Assembly (NCBI GenBank): GCA_000004985.1
Contig: GG738890.1
DNA length: 64,000 bases
Strand: one strand, 5' to 3'
Source of the DNA: Naegleria gruberi
Lineage: Eukaryota
In this document: positions 23,048 to 33,699 of the stretch, one piece after another
How positions within the stretch are numbered: the first letter of the stretch is position 1
Layout: the number at the start of each line of letters is the position of its first letter
Position numbers and translations under genes: made by a program
Notes under the pieces: model-generated
What the model saw: the letters and a program-made list of their open reading frames with translations, nothing else
The model's database searches: none
What the model was told of the DNA's origin: nothing

Positions 23048-23923
23048 TTATTTGGTCTTGATCTTCTTGGCACCAACCTTTGGGAAACTGGATTCATCAG
23101 CTGACTTTCCTTCTTCCTTTTGATTCCAAGTTGCAGAACTGCTTGAAGATGTTGTTGTACTAACGAAAACCTTGGCAGTTGAGGCTGACTTTTCAGTACC
23201 CTTCTTTGGTTTAGTTTCAACAACTTCAACAGGTACTTCCTTAGTGTTTGAATTCCAGAAATCATCTTCATTAGCATATGGATCTCTGACAACAGTACGT
23301 CTCTTTTCCTTATTAACTGTTGGTTGAGCAGTTGCTACTTCTTGTTCGGAATCAGATCCTTCACTGTTACTGTCGGCTTGTTTAGCTTCAACCTTCTTCT
23401 TGGTTTCTTGTTCTTCATCGGATTCATCCTTCTTGGTATCAACAAACTTTTTAAAGATGGACTTGTTTTCATCCTTCTTTTGTTTCTTTTGTTCAACCTT
23501 TGGTTCAGCCTTCTTTTCATCCTTCTTACGACCAGTTGATTCAGGTCTCTTGACAACTTGGAAGGTTGGATCTTCTTCCTTTTGCTTCTTGGATGACTTT
23601 TGTTCAGTAGTGGCCTTCTTGGAAGTAGTAGCCTTCTTCTTTGATTCAGTTTGTTCAACAACAACTTCCTTCTTCTTGTTCAATCCATAGAGTTCAGCAA
23701 CATCAATGGAATCAAGTTCAGAAGCATCTTCATTTTCTGAGGCAGAGGAAGCAGCAGTAACAGTAGCCTTCTTTTCTGACTTATTCTTCTTCTTCTTACC
23801 AGCAGTGGTTGGCTTCAACAATTCACTCTTGTTGACACTAGCAGTTCCGGAACCACTTTTAGTATTAAAGAAGAGGAAAGCAGCAGCAACCAAAACCAAA
23901 GGAATGATCAAATAGAGCAGCAT
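23048..23923 (-). CDS. Type-II/signal-anchor membrane protein with a long K/E/S/T-rich charged low-complexity region
   Basis: ATG at 23923. The translation begins MLLYLIIPLVLVAAAFLFF, which is a transmembrane segment, and continues with a lysine/glutamate-rich sequence. The overlapping ORFs 23335-23690 are shadows of the repetitive codons. Confidence 0.4.
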   Translation of the reverse strand: MLLYLIIPLVLVAAAFLFFNTKSGSGTASVNKSELLKPTTAGKKKKNKSEKKATVTAASSASENEDASELDSIDVAELYGLNKKKEVVVEQTESKKKATTSKKATTEQKSSKKQKEEDPTFQVVKRPESTGRKKDEKKAEPKVEQKKQKKDENKSIFKKFVDTKKDESDEEQETKKKVEAKQADSNSEGSDSEQEVATAQPTVNKEKRRTVVRDPYANEDDFWNSNTKEVPVEVVETKPKKGTEKSASTAKVFVSTTTSSSSSATWNQKEEGKSADESSFPKVGAKKIKTK

Positions 23924-24560
23924 TTTCAATAAATTAAGAATATTACTATAGAGTATAATGATGTGAGGGAGAACAAATTAATCCACAATATATTATTGTT
24001 AATATCTTGTTGATGATGCTGTTAATGGTAATCAAAAAAATCCAAAAGAAGCTTGCTCCACGTGAGGTTTTCTCTCTTTTTTTTATTCTCTGCTGGCTTG
24101 AAAAGATTTTGTTTTCCTTGTGCTGAATAAATGTTAGCTGGCATTTTTGCGATTACGTGGGCAGAGTTTGTTGCTGGCAAGAACAATTTCAAGATTATTG
24201 TAATCCATCATTGTTACCCTATGATGATGAAGAAGAGGAGAATTTGGTGTTAGGGATGATGAGAAGGTTTTTAAAAGAGTCTTCCGATGATGAAAAAAGA
24301 AAGAAAGGCTATTGTTGGATGATGATCTACAAGTACAATTAGGGAAATGTAGTTGATGAGTAGACTTGGAATAGATTGAACAATATTCAATTAATTATTA
24401 TTTATCTAAATAATATTTCCTTCAAATTAATATTAAATTTATCAAGTGATTAATATATTATTTACCCTATGTAACACACATTAGAAATGTATATTCATTA
24501 AGGTTGATTTCTTCCTTGAGTTTTATCAAACAACAAACGAAAAAAAAATACAGCAAACGA

Positions 24561-25736
24561 ATGTCTCTGCAACCATTCCACAATTTCACAACTGTAGCCA
24601 ACACGCTCACACAAGATTCATCATTCGCATTCAATTTGAATGTAACCATCGTGAGACATGTTAAATGGATTTCAGATTCATTGTTGACTTTCTTTGTAGA
24701 GAATACCTATGCTTCGGATTGTGTTAAAATCTATAGAACTTGTCCATTGCAATCTGGTGGTATGAAAAATTGTGAATTGATCGAGAGTGTGAAATTGGTA
24801 ACTGATGAAGATTGTGCTGCAAATGTCAAGACATCAATTGGCTGGTTGGAAGTTGCATCATTTCCAACAACTGGATCAATTTATTTGATGACAGTCATTA
24901 AGAAAGTTAACGGAGAGGAAGTGAAATATGTGGAAAGAATATTTAAATTGCAAAATATTGGCAGTGGCAGCTCGTTGGAACAATTATGTCATTCTAATGA
25001 GTTGACTGTGAGAATGGCCTGTTCAATAATTGCAGATGAGGAAAGAGAATGTGTCTATATGATTGGAGGACTGAATATTAGAAAAGATGCAGAATTATAT
25101 AGAGATGACATTTCACAATTCAATGTGAAAACAATTGAATGGTCACTTTTAACAAATGTTGAAACAGTAGCTCTCTATTCTCATTCATCTCTAATGTGGA
25201 AAAACAAGTTCATTGTAATATTTGGAGGTTATATCTCATCATGTTCAGTATCTAGTAATATCACTCTTTACAATCTTGAAACAAAACAATGGCTCACTGC
25301 TTTCCATCTTTTGGAAGATAGTCCATCAAAATCTAAAGCAAATGGTAGAACCAATTCAGGAATTGCACTACTTCCCAATGAATGGGCGTGTAAATTCAAT
25401 CGCTCCATTCCGAATAATTCAGAATGTGATACTTTAATTATTTATGGAGGCAGAATTTCAAAACTGGTTTCAAAGAGACTTGTGTATGTAGAATCGAGTG
25501 ATATATTGCTCTTCCATTTGAACGAATCAGAATTGAAAGTGAGACAGAGAAGAGAGGAATATAGTGTGGAGTTTCCATTCGAGTTGAAACATTTCATTTT
25601 GGCAATGCCAAAGAATGAATTTAGTTCATTGTTTGTTTTTGGAGAGGAAACCAGCAAAATGTCATTGATTTTTTGTGGTTGTAATAATATTAGCAAGGCT
25701 GACTTGTTTTCTTCTCCAAATGTTAAGAAGAATTAA
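24561..25736 (+). CDS. Kelch-repeat (beta-propeller) protein
   Basis: Kelch-like repeats are present, for example ECVYMIGGLNIRKDAELYRDDISQFNVKTIEWSLL, KFIVIFGGYISS…ITLYNLETKQWL and TLIIYGGRIS. The first ATG is at 24561. Confidence 0.5.
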   Translation: MSLQPFHNFTTVANTLTQDSSFAFNLNVTIVRHVKWISDSLLTFFVENTYASDCVKIYRTCPLQSGGMKNCELIESVKLVTDEDCAANVKTSIGWLEVASFPTTGSIYLMTVIKKVNGEEVKYVERIFKLQNIGSGSSLEQLCHSNELTVRMACSIIADEERECVYMIGGLNIRKDAELYRDDISQFNVKTIEWSLLTNVETVALYSHSSLMWKNKFIVIFGGYISSCSVSSNITLYNLETKQWLTAFHLLEDSPSKSKANGRTNSGIALLPNEWACKFNRSIPNNSECDTLIIYGGRISKLVSKRLVYVESSDILLFHLNESELKVRQRREEYSVEFPFELKHFILAMPKNEFSSLFVFGEETSKMSLIFCGCNNISKADLFSSPNVKKN

Positions 25737-25796
25737 GATTGTAAATTAGTTTACAATACTATTATTGGAATATTTTAGAAAAAAACTTTAAAAAAA

Positions 25797-26866
25797 ATGA
25801 AAGAACATTCTCTGTTAAATTTACCCACGGAAATCCTACAATTAATTATTTCCTTCCTAATCTATGAATCTACATCAGAAAATTGGAAAGAATTACTTTC
25901 GAATGATTCGTGTTTCTATCGGCCAATTTCTATTCCACTTGAGAGAATGAAACAAATTGTCTTGAGTTTGCAATCTGTTTGTTCATATTTTCTAAAAGAT
26001 TATTTACCTATTGGAAAGAAATTAAACGAATTTTGGTTGCTTGTGATGCAAAGAGAATTTTACTATACGAAACAAGTGATCGAAAGTGAAAGGGAAAAGA
26101 TGAGATGGAAATCTAAACGATGTTATGGATTATTGAAAAGAATGGTGGAAATTAAATTTAATGATGCTTGTTATCCTATTGGAAACATTCAAAAGAATAA
26201 TCAAGATTCGTATAGATTCAAAGCATGTGTTATTGGAGAAAATGCTGGAGAAGAAAAGTTAACTAAAAGATACACGAACGATGACAATAATCAAAATTTT
26301 GACATTGAATTTATGTATCTCAATGATCGTGGTAAGTTTATTTGAGAATTATTGAGATTAATTTAAAGTTAGATAAAATAATTCGAAACTGTGAAGTTTC
26401 CATAATTGTCTTCCCATCGATTCATGAGTCGGATGATGCACTTGAGGATAGTTTAGCTCATTTAAGTTCTATAATACGTCAAGTGTTGAGAATTAGAGAT
26501 TTTGATGATGCTCCATGTGTGATTGCATTCTCAAAAAGTGATTCATTAGACGAATCTTCTTATTCTCAATTCGAAACAAGAACGAAAGAACAGTTTATTA
26601 GGAGAATAATGGCACAACAAGACATGCTTAATTGTGGAATTGTTCATAGGAGTGCTGAAAATGGAGATGGAATTGATGAGATTGTTAAAGAAGTTATCAA
26701 TAGATATTTAACTTTGGTTTCGTCCAAAAGTAGAACAACTACTAACAAAATTTACCAAAATTGGCATACAGGAACAATTTTGCAAAAAATTATTTCTTCA
26801 GAAAAAGAAATTTACTCAATTGTATCCAACGAAACAGGTGGAAGTTCAAGATGTGAATTGATGTAA
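25797..26866 (+). CDS. Two-exon gene (25797..26331 and 26373..26866; 41-nt intron GTAAGT…TTAG, phase 1) encoding an N-terminal F-box followed by a degenerate Ras-like small-GTPase domain
   Basis: F-box: LLNLPTEILQLIISFL. The GTPase-like fold has a degraded P-loop (KACVIGENAGEEKL) and a G4-like motif APCVIAFSKSD with a Ras-like C-terminal region. The splice restores one frame: …LNDR|DKIIRNCEVSIIVF…. Confidence 0.5.
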
Positions 26867-27199
26867 TATTTGGTCAACCAAAATACTTCTTAATTTAAAT
26901 ATTTATTTGGAAAGTTTCAAATCTGCAAAGTAAGGATCATTGAGGAGATCGATTGTTTGTGGTCTAACATCTGGATCCTTTTCTATCATTCTAATAACTA
27001 ATTGAAAAACCAAAACCAGCCAAAACAGTTGAAATATTCTCTTCACCTAAATCTCTAATAAAGATATTCGAAGGTTTAACATATTGGGAAAATAAACGAA
27101 TGTTGTTGAACATGATAAAAAAGACTTTACAATTAGTTAATACTGAAGAGAATTATAGACAACCGATTCAATATTGAATAATTAAACTTTACAAAAAAA

Positions 27200-28162
27200 A
27201 TGCATCAAGATTGTTGGGCTGAAATTATTCCATTTTTGCAACCGATTGATGTTTTAGCTTCCCTCCTCACAATCAATCATAGCCTTCACAATTTAATTAA
27301 AAAATTGTGTATTGTTACTTTTGATAGAATTTCCCAATTTACAGCTGGTTGTTGTTCTGAGTTGAAAATTTCATTTAATTGTCATGATGATTTTGAAAAT
27401 ATTGAAAAGATTAATCATGATGTTCCAATATATGGGAATGTAAAATATTTCATCCGATTATACTTGTTAAAATTATCCTTAAAATTAGGAAATCAGGATC
27501 CTGAGAACGGAGATCTCAATGTAATTTCAGACATTTTGAATAGTTCAGAATTGAAATTGTTGAATTTCTATCGATCTGTCTTTACTGAATTTAAATTTCC
27601 ACAACAGAAAAATCCATCAACAATTGCTTATTGTGTGGTGGGAGAGGCTGGAGTTGGAACGTGCTACTTTTGTGAATTTGTTCGGTTTGGAAAAAAGTCA
27701 TATAGTTTGCGATATGGATTTGAATCCTTTTACAAAAAATTTACAATTCCAAACGAGATAGAATGGCAACAGCAAATTTGGATACCAGATGGATCTGAAA
27801 GGTTCTATTCGAAACAAGATGTTATCCAAAGATACAAAAAATATGATAAGAGCATGTATATTCTTCCATGTTTTTCAATGAATTATGAAACGTCATTTCA
27901 AACAGTAGGAGATTGGGTTTCAATTATTAGAGATACTCTTGGAATAATTGTTGGACTCAGTACTACAGATTTCTCACTAGATCCTCTTGAAGAAAAGAAA
28001 GTTAGTTTGAACGATGCTGTGAGGAAGGCATTCGAACTTGGATTTTCAGTATTTGTGGAATCTGATGACAATCACATATTTACTCCATTTTGGTTCATTC
28101 AATTGCAATCCACCTATTTCACTTTTAATAAGAATGATAATTGGGATTGTTCTCTAATGTAA
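27200..28162 (+). CDS. Hypothetical protein with an N-terminal F-box-like motif
   Basis: CWAEIIPFLQPIDVLASLLTINHSLHNLIKKL lies at the N-terminus. The ATG follows an A-run. Confidence 0.45.
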   Translation: MHQDCWAEIIPFLQPIDVLASLLTINHSLHNLIKKLCIVTFDRISQFTAGCCSELKISFNCHDDFENIEKINHDVPIYGNVKYFIRLYLLKLSLKLGNQDPENGDLNVISDILNSSELKLLNFYRSVFTEFKFPQQKNPSTIAYCVVGEAGVGTCYFCEFVRFGKKSYSLRYGFESFYKKFTIPNEIEWQQQIWIPDGSERFYSKQDVIQRYKKYDKSMYILPCFSMNYETSFQTVGDWVSIIRDTLGIIVGLSTTDFSLDPLEEKKVSLNDAVRKAFELGFSVFVESDDNHIFTPFWFIQLQSTYFTFNKNDNWDCSLM

Positions 28163-29031
28163 AAGTAATAAATAGTAGATTAAATACGCAGTTTAGGAAC
28201 TTGTTTGATATTCCAAACCTAATTAGAGCAAAAGACTACAGCACCACAGGTTCCCAAGTTGTCTCCAACCTCAGTACTGATGTGGCTCGACGATGCTTAA
28301 CTTCTCAAATCGGACGGGATGAGGTGCATTCATCGTGATATGGCCGTAGCCATTCAATTCATTATCGCTATGAATATAAAGAATATGGAACTTCTTTTGC
28401 ATAACTTAATGCAACTTAGTAATACTTAAGGTGGTTAACCTATTAAGCTCTGTAAAAAGTTATCCTTGATCAATCGATTCTCACGACCAACTCAATACAA
28501 ACTTTTAGTAATTAAGTTATAACAATTTAGTAACATTATTTTTGGATATTCTTTTTAGTTTCATTGGACGGGAAGCCTGCCAGGAATATGACTGTGCATA
28601 CAGTTGTATGAACAGTGAAGGCAACGAAGACAGAATCTTGTTGGTTCAGGTTTTGTTTGAAGAAATTGATTAGGTTGATCACCCTTCTATAAATTGAATA
28701 TTTGACTGGTAAATTGATGGATGCAAGTTTTGGTTTCTCATTTTCTGATCAAATCGAAATTGAAACTTCAAACAGTAGCTGCCTTAATTTAACCATTCTT
28801 AGCTTAAAATAAAATTTACAAACCAAGAAAGATGAAATTCTAAATTGATATGCTCGATTTTTAAAAAAACAACCACTAGTTTTTTTAAAAATCGCATGTA
28901 CTAAATAATTGTTCTGTACCATTACATTTTGTAGTTGAACATTTGCATTAATCACTTGATTATCATGGTTTTTGTTGTCTATTAAATTATGATATTTAAA
29001 AAATTCATAAACATAAATATTTTCAATATTA

Positions 29032-29166
29032 ATGGCTAGTTGCGAGGAACGATGCAACGTTAGTATTTCGACAAATTGTAAACAATAAAATTGAGTTGAT
29101 AAATAATTTTTATGCTCAAAAAAATTAAGAAACATGGTAAACACACCAAGCAAAATCATTGCTGAC
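29032..29166 (+). repeat. Split direct repeat A1 (5' terminal) of the YR retroelement
   Basis: It is identical to 33010-33144. Confidence 0.8.
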
Positions 29167-29278
29167 ACCCCTGGCAAAACAGTGACTGCTATCAGAAAAA
29201 TTATTTCTGCTAGTAAGTCAGCTGACAGCGTTTCAACTTACAAGTCTGGATATCCCAGCAATTGATGAAGGTAGTTCA

Positions 29279-30202
29279 GTGTCATCACAGACTAAACCTT
29301 TAGATAATAATCAAAGTGGTTCTGGAAATAACCCAGTTTCATCGCAAACTAAACCCTTGGATAACAACCAAGGTGGTTCTGAAAAGAACCTAGATGCTAT
29401 TCTTCACGCCATCACTTTATTGGGTGAGAGAATTAAACATCTTGAAGCAGTTCCACCCATCCTTCAAGAAGCTGATCAACTTGATGACAACTCTGATGAG
29501 GATTCTGCTGAAGATTCCACTGGTAAACATTGGGGTATGTCAACAATCAAGGAGATTAGAAGACACTACGAAGTTGGCGACAGATTAGCCGATGGAGATG
29601 TCTTAAGTTTTGTTTCAGCCAAAACTCTTCGTCGTTATCAAACCAATGATGCTCTTTTGAATAGAGTTCAATCATTAATGGCTAGATTTGAATCCGTTAT
29701 TCATAATCATCGTACTTATCCCCGTTTGCAAGAAATCCAATCAAAGGGCTTGCAAAAGATGATGGAAATGTTGCATTTGAAATCTAGACTACTCCATTTC
29801 GCTTTAAGTCACCCAATGAACGTTGCTAACATCATTGAAATCACAGAATTAGTTTATCTTCTCTGTGAGGTCGAGAAAATTTTCTTGGAAGAAGGTTTGT
29901 TTGATAGTAATTTTGAGGTTGCCACCAATTTCATTCAACCATTCGTACAGAGCAATACGTTCGCTGACATAACCGAAAAAGCACGTAGTAAGAAGAGAGA
30001 GAAAGCTGTTATCAAGACTGCTTTTGTTGGAAAGATTCAAAAACCCAACAAAATGAAAGAGAAGTTGAACAAACCCTACACTTCTCAACACAACAGCTAC
30101 TCTAAGTCTTACAAGAGTAACTCCAATTTTCAAAAATCAGGAGACTCAAAACCAAAGTACAACAACAACAACAGTGGAGGATCCTTCAGCAAGGACCTCT
30201 GA
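29279..30202 (+). CDS. Retroelement ORF1, gag-like, with no obvious 5' ATG. It may be translated from an upstream or non-AUG start
   Basis: It is the first long ORF after the 5' repeat. It is helical and Q/N-rich with a basic C-terminus and overlaps the start of the RT ORF by about 30 nt. Confidence 0.5.
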   Translation: MSSQTKPLDNNQSGSGNNPVSSQTKPLDNNQGGSEKNLDAILHAITLLGERIKHLEAVPPILQEADQLDDNSDEDSAEDSTGKHWGMSTIKEIRRHYEVGDRLADGDVLSFVSAKTLRRYQTNDALLNRVQSLMARFESVIHNHRTYPRLQEIQSKGLQKMMEMLHLKSRLLHFALSHPMNVANIIEITELVYLLCEVEKIFLEEGLFDSNFEVATNFIQPFVQSNTFADITEKARSKKREKAVIKTAFVGKIQKPNKMKEKLNKPYTSQHNSYSKSYKSNSNFQKSGDSKPKYNNNNSGGSFSKDL

Positions 30203-32057
30203 CTTGGTGGGTTGTCGTCTTGGCAAGTTTGTAACTCAGTGGGAGAGTTACAACTTCAACCCATTCATAGTGGATTGGATTCGGAATGGAGTTCCAATCT
30301 ACTCAAATCCCACCCTTTGGAAAGAATTCAAGCAAAGGAAGAATTTCTCTCCAAAGGAGACCTCTTGGATGGATCAAGAAATCCAAGAGATGTTGAGTTC
30401 CAATGTCATCGAACTTGGAAACAAATCTACGGTACTCAATCCAATAAACATTGTCCCCAAGAAGGGCTCAGATCAGTTTCGTTTTATTCTGGATCTCAGG
30501 AAAGTAAACTTGGGGATCAAGGATACTTCGTTCAAGATGGACAACATTCAAAAATGTTTGAAGTTTGTTCAGAAAGGAATGTGGGCAACAAAGATAGACC
30601 TGAAGAAAGGCTATTTTCATGTTCCCATCAGAGAGAGTCATCGACACCTTCTGGGATTCAAGTACAAGAGCCTTGTATACCAATTCAAATGCCTTCCATT
30701 TGGTCTAAGTCAAGCTCCCAGAAACTTCACCAAGATAATGAAGGAACTAATGACCAAGTGGAGAAAGCAGGGCATCTTGGTATTCATTTACATCGACGAT
30801 ATATTGATTCTAAGCAACCACAAGGAAACTACCCAACAACACACAGACATAATCTTGAAAGACCTAGAAACATTAGGATGGATTATACAGAAGGAGAAAA
30901 GTGTGTTGACACCTTGTCAATGCATAGAATTTCTGGGTCTGGAATTGGATTTAATATCAGGTTTGGTAAAAATTCCACTCAACAAACAAGCCACTGCGAT
31001 AAAACTGATCCAAGACTTCTTGTCAGCGAACCAACTGAACAGATATGTAGCTTGCAAGAAAGTGGCTCAGTTTCTTGGGAAGATGGAATTTCTAACCCTA
31101 TCAAACCATTATTTTGCACCATTTCTGGCTCGTCTTCGAAAGGATATGGTGAAAGTAGTAAACGACAAATCCTGGCACGCATCGATGAGAATATTCAGAG
31201 GTGCAACCAAAGACCTCAAGATATTGAAAACTCTGATTCAGGAAAACAGTGGAGTTCCATTCGAACTGAACTCAATGAACCCGATTCGAGTGAATTCAGA
31301 TGCTTGCCCAACAGGTTATGGAATTCACGCAGAATCAACCATTACAATTGGAAGATTCAATTCCTCAGAGCACATCAATGTCAAAGAGTTAAAAACACTC
31401 CTCATTTTCTTCACACAAGCAGATCAATTAAACCTTTATGGTCCTGGTCAGGCATTCGAGATAAGAGGCGACAATGTAACAGCAATATCTTATATAAGGA
31501 GAGGTTACGGAGTCATCGAAGAACTCTCACAAATAGCCAGAGATCTCTACAAAATTCTAATGAGAAGAAAATGGTGGATTTCCAAAGTGATTTATATTCC
31601 CTCAAAGGAAAACATTTTGGCGGACAGACTGAGTCGTCTAACAGAATGGAAATCCTCTCAAGAACTATTGAATCTAGTTCAGACAGAATTTGGAGAACAC
31701 CACGTGGACAGATTCGCAACATTGGAATCAACCACAACAATTCAATTCAATTCATGGATAGAGAACGACACATTTCTGAACCCATGGGAACAAAATCTGA
31801 TGAGCTATTGTGCTCCTCCTCTGGGTCTGATATCTCAAGCTCTAGTTCACTGCATCAAGTCAGGAGCCAAAGCGACATTTGTGGTTCCAGATTGGCCCTC
31901 TTCGATATGGTTTCCAGTCTTGCTAAAGATATCAGAAAGAATGATAACTGTTTCGAGAAAGATGCTTATAATAACGCCCTTATCAGAGTTGCAAGACAAG
32001 TTCGAGAATTCGAATTTCCTGGTTGTTCAAGTGCATGGCAAGTTATTCAAACAATGA
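30174..32057 (+). CDS. Retroelement ORF2: reverse transcriptase plus RNase H
   Basis: RT motifs FKCLPFGLSQAPRNFTK and LVFIYIDDILILS. RNase H motifs IRGDNVTAISYIRRG and NILADRLSR, as in DIRS/Ngaro pol. Confidence 0.8.
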   Translation: MEDPSARTSDLVGCRLGKFVTQWESYNFNPFIVDWIRNGVPIYSNPTLWKEFKQRKNFSPKETSWMDQEIQEMLSSNVIELGNKSTVLNPINIVPKKGSDQFRFILDLRKVNLGIKDTSFKMDNIQKCLKFVQKGMWATKIDLKKGYFHVPIRESHRHLLGFKYKSLVYQFKCLPFGLSQAPRNFTKIMKELMTKWRKQGILVFIYIDDILILSNHKETTQQHTDIILKDLETLGWIIQKEKSVLTPCQCIEFLGLELDLISGLVKIPLNKQATAIKLIQDFLSANQLNRYVACKKVAQFLGKMEFLTLSNHYFAPFLARLRKDMVKVVNDKSWHASMRIFRGATKDLKILKTLIQENSGVPFELNSMNPIRVNSDACPTGYGIHAESTITIGRFNSSEHINVKELKTLLIFFTQADQLNLYGPGQAFEIRGDNVTAISYIRRGYGVIEELSQIARDLYKILMRRKWWISKVIYIPSKENILADRLSRLTEWKSSQELLNLVQTEFGEHHVDRFATLESTTTIQFNSWIENDTFLNPWEQNLMSYCAPPLGLISQALVHCIKSGAKATFVVPDWPSSIWFPVLLKISERMITVSRKMLIITPLSELQDKFENSNFLVVQVHGKLFKQ

Positions 32058-32962
32058 GAGAAATCAGTATTCTCTCTTCAATAGGTGAAAAAACCTTCAG
32101 AACCTACAACAGGATTTATGGTGGTTTTCTTTGGTTTATCAATGTGTTCGATCTTACCATTGATAATCCTTTAGCTATTGAATATTACATCTCTTACCTT
32201 CTGGTTAATGTTCAAGGTTACAAAGCAAATACTGTGCAAGCAGCTATTCAATTCTTTGCTAACCTTGATGGCAGAACAATTAATATTTCTGTCTCTTACC
32301 CTAAAGTTAAAAAAGGTGTCCTTAAGCTTTATTCACTTTCGGATAAAGTTTCTCTTCAAAGAGATCCGATAACAATCAAACATTTGACTGATTATTTGAA
32401 GTGCAAAGACAAAGTGGATAATTTCACTTTCCGTCTTACTTCTGCTATTCTAGTAATTGGTTTTAGGCTATTTGCAAGACCTGGTGAGGTTGCGCGACTA
32501 AAATGGTCATATATCAAGATGCTTAAAAAAGGAAGAATCAAGATTGATCTCAGTGGTCATAAAACTGACTTCTTCCTTATTGAAAAACCAATTACTATCG
32601 AAAGGAATACTAAAGATCCTAATCTTTGCCCAATTTCAATACTAAAATCATACATGGATTTGGTTAGGAATTTCAAAGATGCTGAGTCCCCATTATTTTC
32701 CTTCGAAAACGACAAATTCTTTGATTCAGATGGTATTTCAAAGATACTAAAGAATGCAGTGGGTATAGTAGATCAAGGCGTAACAGTCTCAGGTCACAGC
32801 CTTAGAATAGGTGCTATCACAGAAGGACTCAGAAAGGGTATGTCTACAACTGATCTAATGGTCGGTGCAAGACATAAAAAGGAAAAAAGTTTATTTCCTT
32901 ACCTTAGATCTGAAGGCCTAGCTGGCAAGAATTTCACTAACACTCTATTTTCTCTGGACTAA
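31907..32962 (+). CDS. Retroelement ORF3: tyrosine recombinase (YR) in the +2 frame relative to RT. Only the part from ATG 31907 is likely to be translated
   Basis: Catalytic-box residues are present: ARPGEVARLKW (Arg), GHSLRIGAIT (His-x-x-Arg) and LFPYLRSE (Tyr). The track ORF 30212-32962 extends this frame 5' through the RT region. Confidence 0.7.
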   Translation: MVSSLAKDIRKNDNCFEKDAYNNALIRVARQVREFEFPGCSSAWQVIQTMREISILSSIGEKTFRTYNRIYGGFLWFINVFDLTIDNPLAIEYYISYLLVNVQGYKANTVQAAIQFFANLDGRTINISVSYPKVKKGVLKLYSLSDKVSLQRDPITIKHLTDYLKCKDKVDNFTFRLTSAILVIGFRLFARPGEVARLKWSYIKMLKKGRIKIDLSGHKTDFFLIEKPITIERNTKDPNLCPISILKSYMDLVRNFKDAESPLFSFENDKFFDSDGISKILKNAVGIVDQGVTVSGHSLRIGAITEGLRKGMSTTDLMVGARHKKEKSLFPYLRSEGLAGKNFTNTLFSLD

Positions 32963-33011
32963 CCCATTGGTTTATCAACGAAATTCTTTATTGTTTTATT
33001 TGGAGAAATAT
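32963..33011 (+). repeat. Split direct repeat B1 (internal), immediately 5' of A2
   Basis: It shares a 49-bp identity with 33637-33685. Confidence 0.75.
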
Positions 33012-33144
33012 GGCTAGTTGCGAGGAACGATGCAACGTTAGTATTTCGACAAATTGTAAACAATAAAATTGAGTTGATAAATAATTTTTATGCTCAAAAA
33101 AATTAAGAAACATGGTAAACACACCAAGCAAAATCATTGCTGAC
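33010..33144 (+). repeat. Split direct repeat A2 (internal)
   Basis: It is identical to 29032-29166. Confidence 0.8.
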
Positions 33145-33636
33145 CCACCCACCCATTCCCTTAATTTCATCAAGAATTCCTTGAATTCTTTCAAATAGTC
33201 CTTCACTCCTTGAGTGTTTTTTCCTATTTGTCTTTTAGTTTGATCTTGGTAAGTGATCCTTCTAAGGATGCAGGATTAGTATTACCTTGTGATACAATAA
33301 TTTTTATTTCTAACTAACATCATTTGAATAATTCGAAATATGCTCGTAAAGTAAGCCAGATTTATTTTTTCAAAAAATATTTCTGATAGAAATTACCAGG
33401 CATTTTTTTTCAAGCAATTCACTAGTTAAAATAGAGAACTTTAATGGATTGGAGTTTTTACCGATTTTTCCTGCAATGCAGGTTTTTTATAGGGGAGTTG
33501 TTCTACTTCAATCTCGATTTTGTAAACAACTTTATTAACTCGGGACAATGCTGAATAAAGTCAATGACCTAAAAGGCAGCATTTCCGAGCAACATACCTC
33601 ATCCTTTGGATGAAGAATATGTTGAGTGAGCTTCTA

Positions 33637-33685
33637 CCCATTGGTTTATCAACGAAATTCTTTATTGTTTTATTTGGAGAAATAT
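33637..33685 (+). repeat. Split direct repeat B2 (3' terminal)
   Basis: It shares a 49-bp identity with 32963-33011. Confidence 0.7.
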
Positions 33686-33699
33686 ATTAATAATATTAC

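Larger units (their letters stand above)
29032..33685 (+). mobile_element. DIRS/Ngaro-type tyrosine-recombinase retrotransposon with split direct repeats (A1 - gag/RT-RH/YR - B1 A2 … B2), apparently intact
   Basis: The A repeat (about 135 bp, GGCTAGTTGCGAGGAACGATGCAACG…CATTGCTGAC) is identical at 29032-29166 and 33010-33144. The B repeat (49 bp, CCCATTGGTTTATCAACG…GGAGAAATAT) occurs at 32963-33011 and 33637-33685. Internal ORFs encode gag-like, RT (YIDD)/RNase H and tyrosine-recombinase proteins in overlapping frames. Confidence 0.75.

Noticed and set aside
28170-28560. A locally GC-richer, stem-forming segment (…GGCTCGACGATGCTTAACTTCTCAAATCGGACGGGATGAGGTGCATTCATCGTGA…) considered as an snRNA or other ncRNA
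   Set aside because: I recognised no match to conserved U1/U2/U4/U5/U6, SRP or 5S sequence boxes, and no Pol III box A/B or terminator. It may be older retroelement debris adjacent to the A1 repeat. The evidence is insufficient.
28749-29177. Minus-strand ORF of 142 aa, and its near-duplicate minus-strand ORF at 32988-33206
   Set aside because: Both read through the A1 and A2 split direct repeats of the retroelement, which explains the identical peptide segment …ILLGVFTMFLNFFEHKNYLSTQFYCLQFVEILTLHRSSQLAI…. They are repeat shadows, not genes.
30212-31906. The N-terminal 560 codons of track ORF 30212-32962 (the +2 frame through the RT region)
   Set aside because: This stretch is entirely overlapped by the RT/RNase H ORF, which carries the conserved motifs. 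Only the C-terminal part of this frame, from ATG 31907, has recognisable tyrosine-recombinase motifs. The upstream part is most likely an untranslated alternative frame.
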